IMG/VR virus record: IMGVR_UViG_3300044638_003984
DNA from: a virus
Lineage: Duplodnaviria > Heunggongvirae > Uroviricota > Caudoviricetes
Length of the DNA stretch: 51,166 bases
Direction: 5' to 3' (one strand)
Shown: one piece after another, positions 1 to 9,800 of the stretch
How positions within the stretch are numbered: the first letter of the stretch is position 1
Layout of the letters: every line of letters starts with the position of its first letter
The notes under the pieces: model-generated
Told to the model about the DNA's origin: nothing
Database searches by the model: none
What the model saw: the letters and a program-made list of their open reading frames with translations, nothing else
Translations under genes and position numbers: made by a program

Positions 1-2
1 CC

Positions 3-1385
3 AACATAAGCACAACAATTAATACCTTCTATTTTTGTTGTGTTTGAAAATTCAACATCAATACTGTTGAGATATTCAACAAATCTACTCGATTCTGATT
101 GCCAATCAGAATAATTATACAACAAAACAGTTGATTCGTTTTGAATTAACCAATCAATAAGGTGTCTTGAAGATTCTTCTAAAAATCTACCATACATTAT
201 TATTGATAGGTCTATGTTTTTTTGTAACCAATCTGCAGATTTATTGAAAATATTTTGATTATAAAATTCACCAAAAGAAATATTTAAACCTATTCGATCA
301 AATCTTTCTTTATCTAATTCAACACCATATATATCTTTAATATCAAATTGTTTAGATATTTTCTTCAGTAATTCCGCATTACCGCAACCAAAATCTATAA
401 CATTCTTGAAAGATATTTGTGATTGCGTTAGTGCTTCAATAAGAATATTGTGACTATATTCCATAGATTCCAAAGAATAAAAACCATTATCTTTCCATAA
501 ATTATTTATGTTCAACGATCTCTTAAAGGATTTAGATTGCGTTATCTTTATTTTCGATTTATTAATATAAGGAAATGAAGTACCAGATGCTCCAAGTTCT
601 GGGTATGAGAAACCTTCTCTTTTGACTTCATATAATTCAGCTGTTGCATCTGTTCTTGAGGATATCTTTAATATCGGCGATTTTATTTCCGCAATTCCAT
701 GTAATGCAGACCAACTTACAGGCCAATCTAACATTTCTTCAATTACATCGATATCTTCATCATATCCTAAAGAACGACCAAATTCTAAATATTTTCTTCC
801 CAATTCATATGTATGTTGACAATTAAAAGAACATGGAAGATGACTAACAGCTCTAATACCAATCCATCTTAGAAGAATATTACATTCCTTTGGTCCAACA
901 GTACCTGCTAAACTCATTGGATAAGTGGTATCTACGAATTGCTCATCTACCCAATATTTCTTGAAGAAATCCGTACAACATTTCGGATAACCTAATAATC
1001 TACCAATTTCTTCATCATTATTAGTATTCCAAGCAGATAACCAAGAATCAACATAATCCTTATGTAAGAGGACGCATCGAACTGTGTAATTATACTTATC
1101 CGTTGTAATCTGTGATGTATTACTATATTGATCGGTTGCTTTTGTTTTGATTAGAGGTATTAATCTAAATTCTGAAGAAGAAAGAGATATTTGTTTGTCT
1201 ATGAAGTCAGAATGAGACATAGAAGTCAAATTGGCAGGTTTAATACCTACCAATACTAATTCTTGTTCTATGTTTTGGAATGCTTGCGAAGCTTTCTGTA
1301 TTTTGGGTTCCCAGAAACTTTTTGCTGGTTCACTAACCCAAATAATGCGTGTCCAATCGTGCAATAAAAAATTCAATCTATTCAT
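3..1385 (-). CDS. DUF483-like Cys-motif domain fused to a class I SAM-dependent methyltransferase domain (3' end runs off the window; absent from the ORF track)
   Basis: Hand translation from the ATG at 1385 is open for 461 codons to the window edge (MNRLNFLLHDWTRIIWVSEPAKSFWEPK...). It contains IGRLLGYPKCCTDFF (GYPKCC at 975-992), HLPCSFNC, and SAM-binding motif I VIDFGCGNAELL (381-395) followed by IYGVELD. Confidence 0.85.
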   Translation of the reverse strand, partial: MNRLNFLLHDWTRIIWVSEPAKSFWEPKIQKASQAFQNIEQELVLVGIKPANLTSMSHSDFIDKQISLSSSEFRLIPLIKTKATDQYSNTSQITTDKYNYTVRCVLLHKDYVDSWLSAWNTNNDEEIGRLLGYPKCCTDFFKKYWVDEQFVDTTYPMSLAGTVGPKECNILLRWIGIRAVSHLPCSFNCQHTYELGRKYLEFGRSLGYDEDIDVIEEMLDWPVSWSALHGIAEIKSPILKISSRTDATAELYEVKREGFSYPELGASGTSFPYINKSKIKITQSKSFKRSLNINNLWKDNGFYSLESMEYSHNILIEALTQSQISFKNVIDFGCGNAELLKKISKQFDIKDIYGVELDKERFDRIGLNISFGEFYNQNIFNKSADWLQKNIDLSIIMYGRFLEESSRHLIDWLIQNESTVLLYNYSDWQSESSRFVEYLNSIDVEFSNTTKIEGINCCAYV

Positions 1386-1397
1386 ATAGATTACTTA

Positions 1398-1985
1398 TTA
1401 AGCAGTAGAATCTCCATGTACAAATTGTGGATAATCTATATGTGTATCATAAAATCCAGTTTCTATATCTGCATGTTCTGATGATGTATCAGAGAAATCT
1501 TGGTGAGATCCAAGATTCAAATAAGAATCAACGTGTAAACCGGGGACCGTAGAGAAGTCATTATGATTTGTATATGAGTCCCCATGTGCCCCACTATCTG
1601 AATGTGTTGAAGACAGATCTTCATGATCAGAATAACTACCATTATCGGTGTGCCCATCATCTTGATGATAAGTGACTTTATATTTCTGCGATCCCGTCGA
1701 ATATGTTGTTGATATGCAAAGTTTAGAAGATTCTATCCAAATAGATCCATTGATAGAAGAATCAATTCCAGTTGGTGTTGATAACGAATAATAATTTAAT
1801 ATTCTTTCATAGTTAGAAGAATCGATATATCTTATGAATAAATCCGAATCAGTCCAAATTGATCCTGGAATAGCTCCACTTCGATAATCGCCAATGGAAC
1901 CGAGATATCGATATGTTTGTCCATATTGTGGGCTGAAGTATAAATAATCTCCTTCAACCCATAATGATCCTATTGTTATTGCCAT
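1398..1985 (-). CDS. His-X-Asp repeat protein with an N-terminal domain carrying three GS(L/I)W motifs
   Basis: All 11 histidines lie in the C-terminal 89 aa and each is in an H-x-D triplet. The gene directly follows the tail fibre gene. Confidence 0.85.
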   Translation of the reverse strand: MAITIGSLWVEGDYLYFSPQYGQTYRYLGSIGDYRSGAIPGSIWTDSDLFIRYIDSSNYERILNYYSLSTPTGIDSSINGSIWIESSKLCISTTYSTGSQKYKVTYHQDDGHTDNGSYSDHEDLSSTHSDSGAHGDSYTNHNDFSTVPGLHVDSYLNLGSHQDFSDTSSEHADIETGFYDTHIDYPQFVHGDSTA

Positions 1986-1991
1986 ATATTA

Positions 1992-1999
1992 TATTTATG
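1992..1999 (-). promoter_or_regulatory. T4-type late promoter variant (CATAAATA) upstream of the HxD gene
   Basis: One mismatch to the T4 late consensus TATAAATA. It overlaps the tail fibre stop codon, 7 nt before the ATG. AT-rich DNA makes a chance match possible. Confidence 0.45.
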
Positions 2000-4900
2000 T
2001 TGCCCAGTAATTTGTTCCGACTGGAATTACCAATCTATATGAAGAACCAGAACCAGAAACCTTTCCTGTAAATACTGCTTGTCCAGAACTTCCTGGTGCA
2101 GATGTTCCAACACCAAGACTACTAAATTGTATGTTCTTTGTTGATGTGTAACTAGTCCAATTATTTTCTGTTAAGATAGTATATGCAACGGCTCCCATTG
2201 ACCATCCACCAACTTTAAGATCAGTTCCGTCTAATCCAAAGTATACTGCACCTACCCCTGGTCTGTGGAAGGCCATAAATGCTGCATTTGTTCCAGAACC
2301 ACCATAAACTTCAATACCACCTAATGAACCAGTGGATGTTGCTAAGCCTGTTCCTGGGGCAGTTGATTGAGAAGCACTAGCTAGTATTCTACCAGAGAAC
2401 GAACCAGTTGTAGCATTCACGCTTCCACCTGAAAGATTAGTTGCTGTTGTAGCTGTAGTTGCGTTTCCTGATAATGTAGCTGTAATTGTTCCAGCTGAGA
2501 AGTTACCAGAAGAGTCTCTTAACACAATTTGACTTGCGCTATTAGTTGAAGAAGCTGTAATTGTAGCAGAGTTGGCTTGTCCAGATATAGTTGAAGCTTG
2601 GCCATTTATGTTCATTGTTTGGCCACTTATAAATGAAGCAACTTTTGCAGCAGTTGCAGATCGGAAATAATTATCTCCAAATTTAGCCATAATATATGTT
2701 ATCGTACCAACACTAATATCATCAGTAGAATTAACATAATTTGCATTAATATATCTAGCATTAAAATCGCCATTTCCATCCCTCAAAACAATCTGGTTTG
2801 CAATATTAGAAGCAGTAGCAGTAATTGTAGCTGAATTAGCTTGCCCTGAAATATTAGATGCTGTAGTTGCTGTAGAAGCGTTTCCAGAAAGGTTTGCTGC
2901 AATTGTTCCTGCGGAGAAGTTACCAGAAGCATCTCTTGTAACTATTGCGTTTGCTGTATTGGCTGAGGTTGCTGTAGTTGCAGAGTTTGGAATAGAAGTT
3001 AAAGAAGCACCTGAACCGGAGAATAATCCAGCTGTAATTGTTCCTGCAGAGAAGTTACCAGAAGCATCTCTGAGAACAATTTGAGATCCAATATTAGAAG
3101 CAGTAGCAGTAATTGTAGCCGAATTAGCTTGTCCGGAAATGGAAGTAGCAGTTGTAGCGGTAGATGCATTTCCAGATAGATTTGCTGTAATTGTTCCTGC
3201 AGAGAAGTTACCAGAAGCATCTCTAGCAACAACATTAGAGGTACCAGAAGTTGATGCATTTACTGCAATAGTTACTGCAGAAGATCCATTGTATGAACCA
3301 CCAGTTAAGAAAGAACCTATTGTCAATGTTGCTAAATTAGATCCTAGTGCTATTCCAGATATTGTAGAATTGACTAATGCAGAATTTGGGATAGTAGTTA
3401 ACCCAGCACCCGAACCAGAGAATGTATTTGCTGCAATTGTGCCGATAACTTGTAGAGCTTGAGATGGTGTTGATGTTCCTATACCAATTCTATTGTTTGT
3501 TGCATCTACAAACAATGTAGGATCGGTTCCTGAATTTGTATCAACAGTTAGGGCAGATATGGTTGCTCTTGTTCCATCAAAAGTAAAGTTTGATGAACCT
3601 GTTAAAGTTCCTGAAGAATTATATTGAACTTGTGTATTAGAACCTCCAACTGAGGCAACGTTAATACTACCACCAAGAGAAACTGAAGTACCATTTATTG
3701 TAATAGAAGAATTCGCTAATTTATTATTAGCAATCGATCCAGATAACATATCATTTGTTACAACACCCGTACCAATAGTTGTTGTTAGAGATACATTACC
3801 AGAACCATTAAATGAGACAGCAGTTGCAGTTACATTTCCAGTTAATGAGAACGTTCTGGAATTCTGTAGAGTAGTTGCTGAAGAAGCTGTTCCATTTAGT
3901 GTTGCTGTAATTGTTCCTGCAGAGAAGTTACCAGAAGCATCTCTAGCAACTATTGCACTAGAAGTATTGGTTGAAACTGCACCAACAGCTGAGTTTGGAA
4001 TAGAAGTTAAAGAAGCACCTGAACCGGAGAATAATCCAGCTGTAATTGTTCCTGCAGAGAAGTTACCAGAAGCATCTCTCACAACAATACTGTCAGATGC
4101 ATATAATACTGTTCCGCCAGAACCAAAGGCAACAGTTGATGAATCCGTTCCAGTAAATGTTAGGGAATTTGAAATAGTTAGAGATTTATTGGCAGATAAT
4201 GTTAATGATGAACTAGATCCCAAAGCTAAAGTTGCTGCAGATGCTGGGGGAGTTATATTAATATTATTGTATGTCTTATTTGTTAATGCTTCAGAACCAG
4301 CTAAAGTTGCAAGAGTACCTGTTGTTGGAAGAGTTACATTAGATGTATCAGATAGAGTAAGTGTTAGGGCATATGCCCCAGATGTTATTAAATTACCATC
4401 AAGAGTTATTGTCTTTCCTGCATTATTAACACCAGTTCCACCATATTGACCAGTAATTACTGTTGCATTCCATGTTCCAGTTGCGATAGTACCAACAGAT
4501 GTTAATGAAGAATTGATTACACTTGAACCTAGAGTTGTAGAAGATAATGTGGAAGTACCATTTATTCTATACACGCTTCCAGTAGTGATATTGATGTCAC
4601 CAGAAATATCTACTTTATAAGATGGAGAAGATATTCCTATACCGACATTGCCAGAACTTGAGAATGTAGCAATAGCAGTGCCAGCAGAATTATTGTTGTT
4701 CCAAGTACCACAAAACACATCCAAGCAGTAGTTTGCGCTGGTGTCATGGCGAGGCTGTAATCTAGCCATGATAGAGTTTGTATATCCACCATTGGTGTTT
4801 GCATTCCAGGTCAGAGCCGCCCCACTTGTGGCCACTGTGTACACCATGTTGGTGCCAGCACTAAGAGTGACATCGCCGTTGAGGCCACCGACAGCACCAC

Positions 4901-6569
4901 CGACAGCACCTACATGTAGTGTGGTTAATGGACTCGTCGTTCCAATACCGACCTTACCATCAATACCAATTCTTAAGACAGATGTCGATGAACCGCCAGA
5001 TGTTTCGAAAGAAGCAATTGCTCCAGTATCATTTAAACCATCATTTCTTGATACGACTCTTAATGTTTTGCCAGAATTAACTCCAGAAGATCCTCTATCA
5101 TCTAGGATATAAACCCCATCTGCAGATCCACCAGAAGTTCTTGAGAGATTAATAAATGTATTAACTGTATCTGTATTGTTGGATACAGCGAACAATCCAT
5201 TAGTTGTAGTAGAAGTTCCTATGGCTATAGCACCATCTGAAGCAATTCGAATTCTTTCTGTACCACCAGTAGAAGCTGCAATTGTATCTTCAGCTGGGAA
5301 CCAGAAACCAGTATTAAGATCACCAGTATTAGTTATGGAAGGAGCAGAAACAGATCCATCTCCAAATGCCCCAACACCAGCTACAGTTAATAATGCATCT
5401 GGATTAATTGTTCCGATACCAATTTCACCAGTTGATATTATTCTTATTCTTTCTACACCACCAGTAGAAGCTGCAATAGTATTTGATAGCGGGAACCAGA
5501 AACCAGTATCTAAATCTCCAGTATTTGTAATCGATGGAAATCCAGTAGCACCATCACCAAAGGCACCAACTCCGGATACAGTTAATAATGCATCTGGGGA
5601 TGTTGTACCTAAACCTAGTCTATTATTAGTATCATCCCAATATAGATTTGTTGTATCCCATGTATACGAATCAGTTGGTGAACCAAATAATACAGCACCA
5701 GTAGGAACATCTGGTGTAATTGCAGATATTTTAATTTTCTTTAATGAAGAAGAATCATATACAAGAAGATAATCAGTTGCTCTTGTTGTATCTGTTAATG
5801 ACGTAATTTCTGATTTGTTTTCGATCGATCCGATAGTTAATGACGCAATCACATCAGAATACATTTGTGGTGTAAGTACTGCACCAGTTCCACCACTAGT
5901 TGGTGTTATTGTGATTGTTGGTAGAGAAGAATAACCATAACCACCATCAACTACCGTCTTACCATTTATATTACCAGATCCAACTGTAACTGTTGCTCTA
6001 GCATTTCTACCAACGAATAACCAATTATTTGCCAAACCATTTGAATGTAGAGGAACTATTGAATTATTCGGAATTGCTGTTGTTGCTTTATAGAATTTGT
6101 ATGATACACCTGTTGCACCAGGAATAGCGAATGCGCTCGAAACAATAGTTCCTGCATTGAATCCAGTAGATCCAACAACAGAATCAATAGTTGTTCCAGT
6201 TGCACCAGGAAAACCAGTAGATCCAACATATGGATTTGAAAAAGTAATAGTTGGGGCAGCAGAATAACTTATACCAGCGTCAGTAATTTTTATATCTCTT
6301 ACAATTTGATTATTAGATGGAATTGTTACTGTTAGATCGCCTAAATTTTGATAGGGTGAATCTGTATTATAATAAGTTCCAAAAGCTTTATTTGTATTAG
6401 TTAGAGATGGAGAATATTGACCCCAATAGACAATAAATTCTCCAGTATTAAATGGTTCTACAGTAGTAAGTGTACCTTTTCCAACTAACTCAAATTGTTC
6501 AAATCCTTCATTTACTTTAGAAGCCCATTGATTAAGAGTATCACTATTTTTTAATCTTGGTAAAGACAT
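1995..6569 (-). CDS. Long tail fibre protein (1524 aa), modular
   Basis: N-terminus MSLPRLKNSDTLNQW is typical of T4-like fibre attachment segments. It has repeated 'G.VGIGT.SP' beta modules and seven RD(A/S/G)(S/N)G(N/D)F(S/N)A repeats, is Gly/Ser/Thr-rich, and lies after the baseplate genes. Confidence 0.85.
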   Translation of the reverse strand: MSLPRLKNSDTLNQWASKVNEGFEQFELVGKGTLTTVEPFNTGEFIVYWGQYSPSLTNTNKAFGTYYNTDSPYQNLGDLTVTIPSNNQIVRDIKITDAGISYSAAPTITFSNPYVGSTGFPGATGTTIDSVVGSTGFNAGTIVSSAFAIPGATGVSYKFYKATTAIPNNSIVPLHSNGLANNWLFVGRNARATVTVGSGNINGKTVVDGGYGYSSLPTITITPTSGGTGAVLTPQMYSDVIASLTIGSIENKSEITSLTDTTRATDYLLVYDSSSLKKIKISAITPDVPTGAVLFGSPTDSYTWDTTNLYWDDTNNRLGLGTTSPDALLTVSGVGAFGDGATGFPSITNTGDLDTGFWFPLSNTIAASTGGVERIRIISTGEIGIGTINPDALLTVAGVGAFGDGSVSAPSITNTGDLNTGFWFPAEDTIAASTGGTERIRIASDGAIAIGTSTTTNGLFAVSNNTDTVNTFINLSRTSGGSADGVYILDDRGSSGVNSGKTLRVVSRNDGLNDTGAIASFETSGGSSTSVLRIGIDGKVGIGTTSPLTTLHVGAVGGAVGGLNGDVTLSAGTNMVYTVATSGAALTWNANTNGGYTNSIMARLQPRHDTSANYCLDVFCGTWNNNNSAGTAIATFSSSGNVGIGISSPSYKVDISGDINITTGSVYRINGTSTLSSTTLGSSVINSSLTSVGTIATGTWNATVITGQYGGTGVNNAGKTITLDGNLITSGAYALTLTLSDTSNVTLPTTGTLATLAGSEALTNKTYNNINITPPASAATLALGSSSSLTLSANKSLTISNSLTFTGTDSSTVAFGSGGTVLYASDSIVVRDASGNFSAGTITAGLFSGSGASLTSIPNSAVGAVSTNTSSAIVARDASGNFSAGTITATLNGTASSATTLQNSRTFSLTGNVTATAVSFNGSGNVSLTTTIGTGVVTNDMLSGSIANNKLANSSITINGTSVSLGGSINVASVGGSNTQVQYNSSGTLTGSSNFTFDGTRATISALTVDTNSGTDPTLFVDATNNRIGIGTSTPSQALQVIGTIAANTFSGSGAGLTTIPNSALVNSTISGIALGSNLATLTIGSFLTGGSYNGSSAVTIAVNASTSGTSNVVARDASGNFSAGTITANLSGNASTATTATSISGQANSATITATASNIGSQIVLRDASGNFSAGTITAGLFSGSGASLTSIPNSATTATSANTANAIVTRDASGNFSAGTIAANLSGNASTATTASNISGQANSATITATASNIANQIVLRDGNGDFNARYINANYVNSTDDISVGTITYIMAKFGDNYFRSATAAKVASFISGQTMNINGQASTISGQANSATITASSTNSASQIVLRDSSGNFSAGTITATLSGNATTATTATNLSGGSVNATTGSFSGRILASASQSTAPGTGLATSTGSLGGIEVYGGSGTNAAFMAFHRPGVGAVYFGLDGTDLKVGGWSMGAVAYTILTENNWTSYTSTKNIQFSSLGVGTSAPGSSGQAVFTGKVSGSGSSYRLVIPVGTNYWAT
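2983..4079. repeat. 89-bp exact direct repeat (2983-3071 and 3991-4079) within a family of shorter RDASGNFSAGTI-coding repeats
   Basis: gagtttggaatagaag...ccagaagcatctct is identical in both copies, 1008 bp apart and in frame. Confidence 0.9.
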
Positions 6570-6826
6570 TATTGTTCCTTATTCTTACATAAGCATAATA
6601 ATAATTGTTTAATTTCAGATATCTCTTGCTTAAGAGTATTTATATCATGTACAGAATTCTGTAAATAATGTATTTCTTCTTTGATCGAATTCAAATAATC
6701 TAATTCAAATTTTCTTTTTAAAGTTTTTTTTCTGAATTCTTCTCTGGCTATATCATCAGTTACTAATATAGCCTTTGAAGAAGTATCTCTAACTAATTTA
6801 TCAACTTCAGTGTTTATTAACGACAT
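6569..6826 (-). CDS. Small coiled-coil virion-associated protein
   Basis: 85 aa with a heptad-like C-terminus. It sits between the DUF4815-like gene and the fibre, as in T4-like cyanophage layouts. Confidence 0.7.
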   Translation of the reverse strand: MSLINTEVDKLVRDTSSKAILVTDDIAREEFRKKTLKRKFELDYLNSIKEEIHYLQNSVHDINTLKQEISEIKQLLLCLCKNKEQ

Positions 6827-6827
6827 A

Positions 6828-9800
6828 TTAAATCAATCTATCCAAAGCAATTGCTCTGAAGTCTGCTATTTTAGGAATTACTGTTGTGTCTGAAGATAAG
6901 AACACAATCTTTATTGCAAATTGATTGAATGATTTATAAACCACCCATCCATTCTGTGCACCATAAGAAATATTTGCAGGATATGCATCACTATCTGGTC
7001 TAAAGATATATTCTTTAAAATCTAAGTTATCTAGAGAATATGAATTATCTCCAGGATATTCTTTTTGCATTTCAATCCATGATTTGTTTGATAGAATATC
7101 AGTGTCTTCTGCAGCCTTTATCTTATAATAAACTTTGATATCTGTTCCTGGTAATCTTACTGCAGTTAGATAAACTTTTAAGTAATCCGCTGGAGATTGC
7201 AGAACCACTGGTCGAGTGATATACTTCGAAGCTGCAACACCACCTGTAGGGAATGTTTCAGATAGAGAATAAACTGTAGCACCAGAACCAATAGAAGATG
7301 CTCCAACTAGTGTACCAGTTGCTCCTCCTATTGCATAACCAGAACCAAGAGCTCCTCTTTGAACTGTTATACCAGTTGCACCAGAATAACCCCCACCAGA
7401 TGTGACATACATATATTCAGAATCTATCTTAATCAAAGAACCATTCTGGATATATTGTGTAGAATTCACACCAATTACTGTAGAATTAAATCCTGTAGCA
7501 CCAGTTGTTGTGGTTGTTGTTTCGGTAATATTATTGATATCATTTTGAATAGTGATAAAATTATTCTTTTCCATATCAATTACTGGAGACACATGATTTG
7601 ATGTAACATTTCCAACTACTCTATGTTTAAATGATTCGGCATTAGCAACAATTTCTCTTCTACCAGAGAATTCATAATTCTTATTAGTTAAGAATGTTGT
7701 ATATGATGAGTCAAGAGAAGACCCATCTGGTTTAGAGATAAACGAACTAGTAACTGTTGTATTTGGGAATTCGATTGTTGATAATCCCACCCAAATTACA
7801 TCAGCATATCCATCACCAGAAGTTTTTCCAGTAAATGTCACATTTCCACTTACAGTACCAGAATTGACAACAGTTAATGTTATATTAAAACCATCAATGT
7901 ATAGTATTTCAGCAGAAGAACCTATTCCTGTTCCAGAAACGGATTGACCGACAGAAAGATCATCAGTATTATTAACTGTTATGATATATGAACCAGAAGA
8001 TCCTGTAGCCGTCTTTGTTCTTGTTTGAACAGTAGCATAATCAGTAAGTACTGCAGTAAAAGATCCTTCTGTGAATGAACATCTCTTTAAATTAAATTTC
8101 AGATCTTGAGTTTGTTCTGCAGTCCATGTAGAAGAATTTTGTGATTTAAATAGAGATCCAACATAAGGTTGTTGTGTAATTAGATCATTAGAATCAACTT
8201 TCTTCTGACCAATTTCAGCAATCCAAGCTTCATAATTTTGTGAATTTGCTAAAATCACTATAGAATATTCGCCAGGTTCAAGATATACGATTGATGGGAA
8301 TTGGAAATTGGTTGCCGTTGAAGCAGTAGCACTTACATTAACAGAAGCGGGTGCTAGTGTTTTTTCTGCGAAAGGAAGAATTGTTGTAGATGAAGGATAT
8401 CCATTTACAGTAGGTCTAATCTGCACAGTAACTGGGATAGAAGAATCCTTAGTTTTAAAGAATACATCAACAGAATCTAAGAATAATCCATTAGGAAATA
8501 TAGTTGGATCTACAAAGAATGTTTGTGCCAATGGATCCTGAGGAACTGGAATCTGAGGTTCAGGTGTTCTGATGTTTATAGATTCTGTTTGTTTGTGTAA
8601 CAGAATTCCATTTGCTGTATATCTTGCTTGAGCAAATGTCGTTTCTAATGCTTTATTATTTTCAGAATTATCTGATAATCTTAGAATTCTATCACCAACT
8701 AAGAACGTTGCATCTGGAATTGTAAATGTTCCAGATATAGAACCAGACGCATCTGTAATGTTTCCTGATGTCCATGATACATATCTAGAAATTAAAACAT
8801 CATCAAAGAATGGATACAGTACAGTTCCTGGTTTTAGACCAGTAGCAGAAAATGATATTGTTTTCGATCTCATCCATTGCGATGAAGAAACGTCTACAAC
8901 TCTATCTGCAAATCTTACAGTATTTGTTCTTGTATTTAATTGTTGTTGATTTTGAACTCTTGTTCCAGTCGTTGTTATTGCTGGAAATGGAGCAGCAGGA
9001 ACAGTACCACGTATTTCAGCTGTAGCTGTTACACCATTTCTCCAATTTCTCCATTGCGCTCTTCTAGTATTATCTGGTCCAACATTTCCTGTTCCTGAAG
9101 GAACATTAACTTCTTCATATCTCCAATCAGAGATATCAAACATCCCATTTCTAGGATCTAGATTAACAGTTGCTGCAGGTCGACCTGCGCCCAATTGGGC
9201 TCTCATGAATAGATCTTCTGCGTCTTCAGTTTCGCCATTGAAATTTGTTTCCCAAGAGTTCCATCTTGAACCAGAGAAATCAATACCTGTTTGGATATTA
9301 TCATTAGTACCATTCATATTAATGATATTTTCAGGTCTAATTCTTTCGTCCTTCCAAAAATCTACAGAAGGTGAAATAGTCATCGTTCCTCTCCAAGAGA
9401 AGACGGCATAAGGATTTACATTCACTGCTTGTGAAGCAAATGGTTGTTCAATAAAATTTGATGTAGTGAATGATCTAGATAATAGTGAACCTCTTAAAGT
9501 ATAACCAGATGATTCGGATGTTTTTAGAAACAGATCATAATTCTTATTATAGAATCTTGGTCTTGCTTCTTGACTTCTTTCATCGATAGAACAACGATAA
9601 TCTAAGTTAGTAACATCACCAACACCGTGTCCAGTAAATGTATCAACCACAAATCCATTTTTGAATCTATCGTTACCATTAGCGTCAGTTACATCAAGAG
9701 AAGCTGTTTCTCTTTCTAACATATTCAATAGAGAATAATATTCAATCTTTTCGATTCTCTTCTCTATTCTTCCAATATCCCTCATTGTGTATCTCTTATT

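Noticed and set aside
2983-4079. Fibre repeats as a diversity-generating retroelement TR/VR pair
   Set aside because: The copies are identical rather than differing at adenines, both are in-frame coding sequence, and no reverse transcriptase is present in the window.
2999-5772. Long alternative-frame and antisense ORFs over the tail fibre (2999-3259, 3139-3462, 3967-4449, 4741-5112, 5176-5772)
   Set aside because: They are shadows of the biased Gly/Ser/Thr/Ala codons of the real gene, with no RBS or independent motifs. The same applies to the antisense ORFs over gp5-gp8, the ligase and the ATPase.
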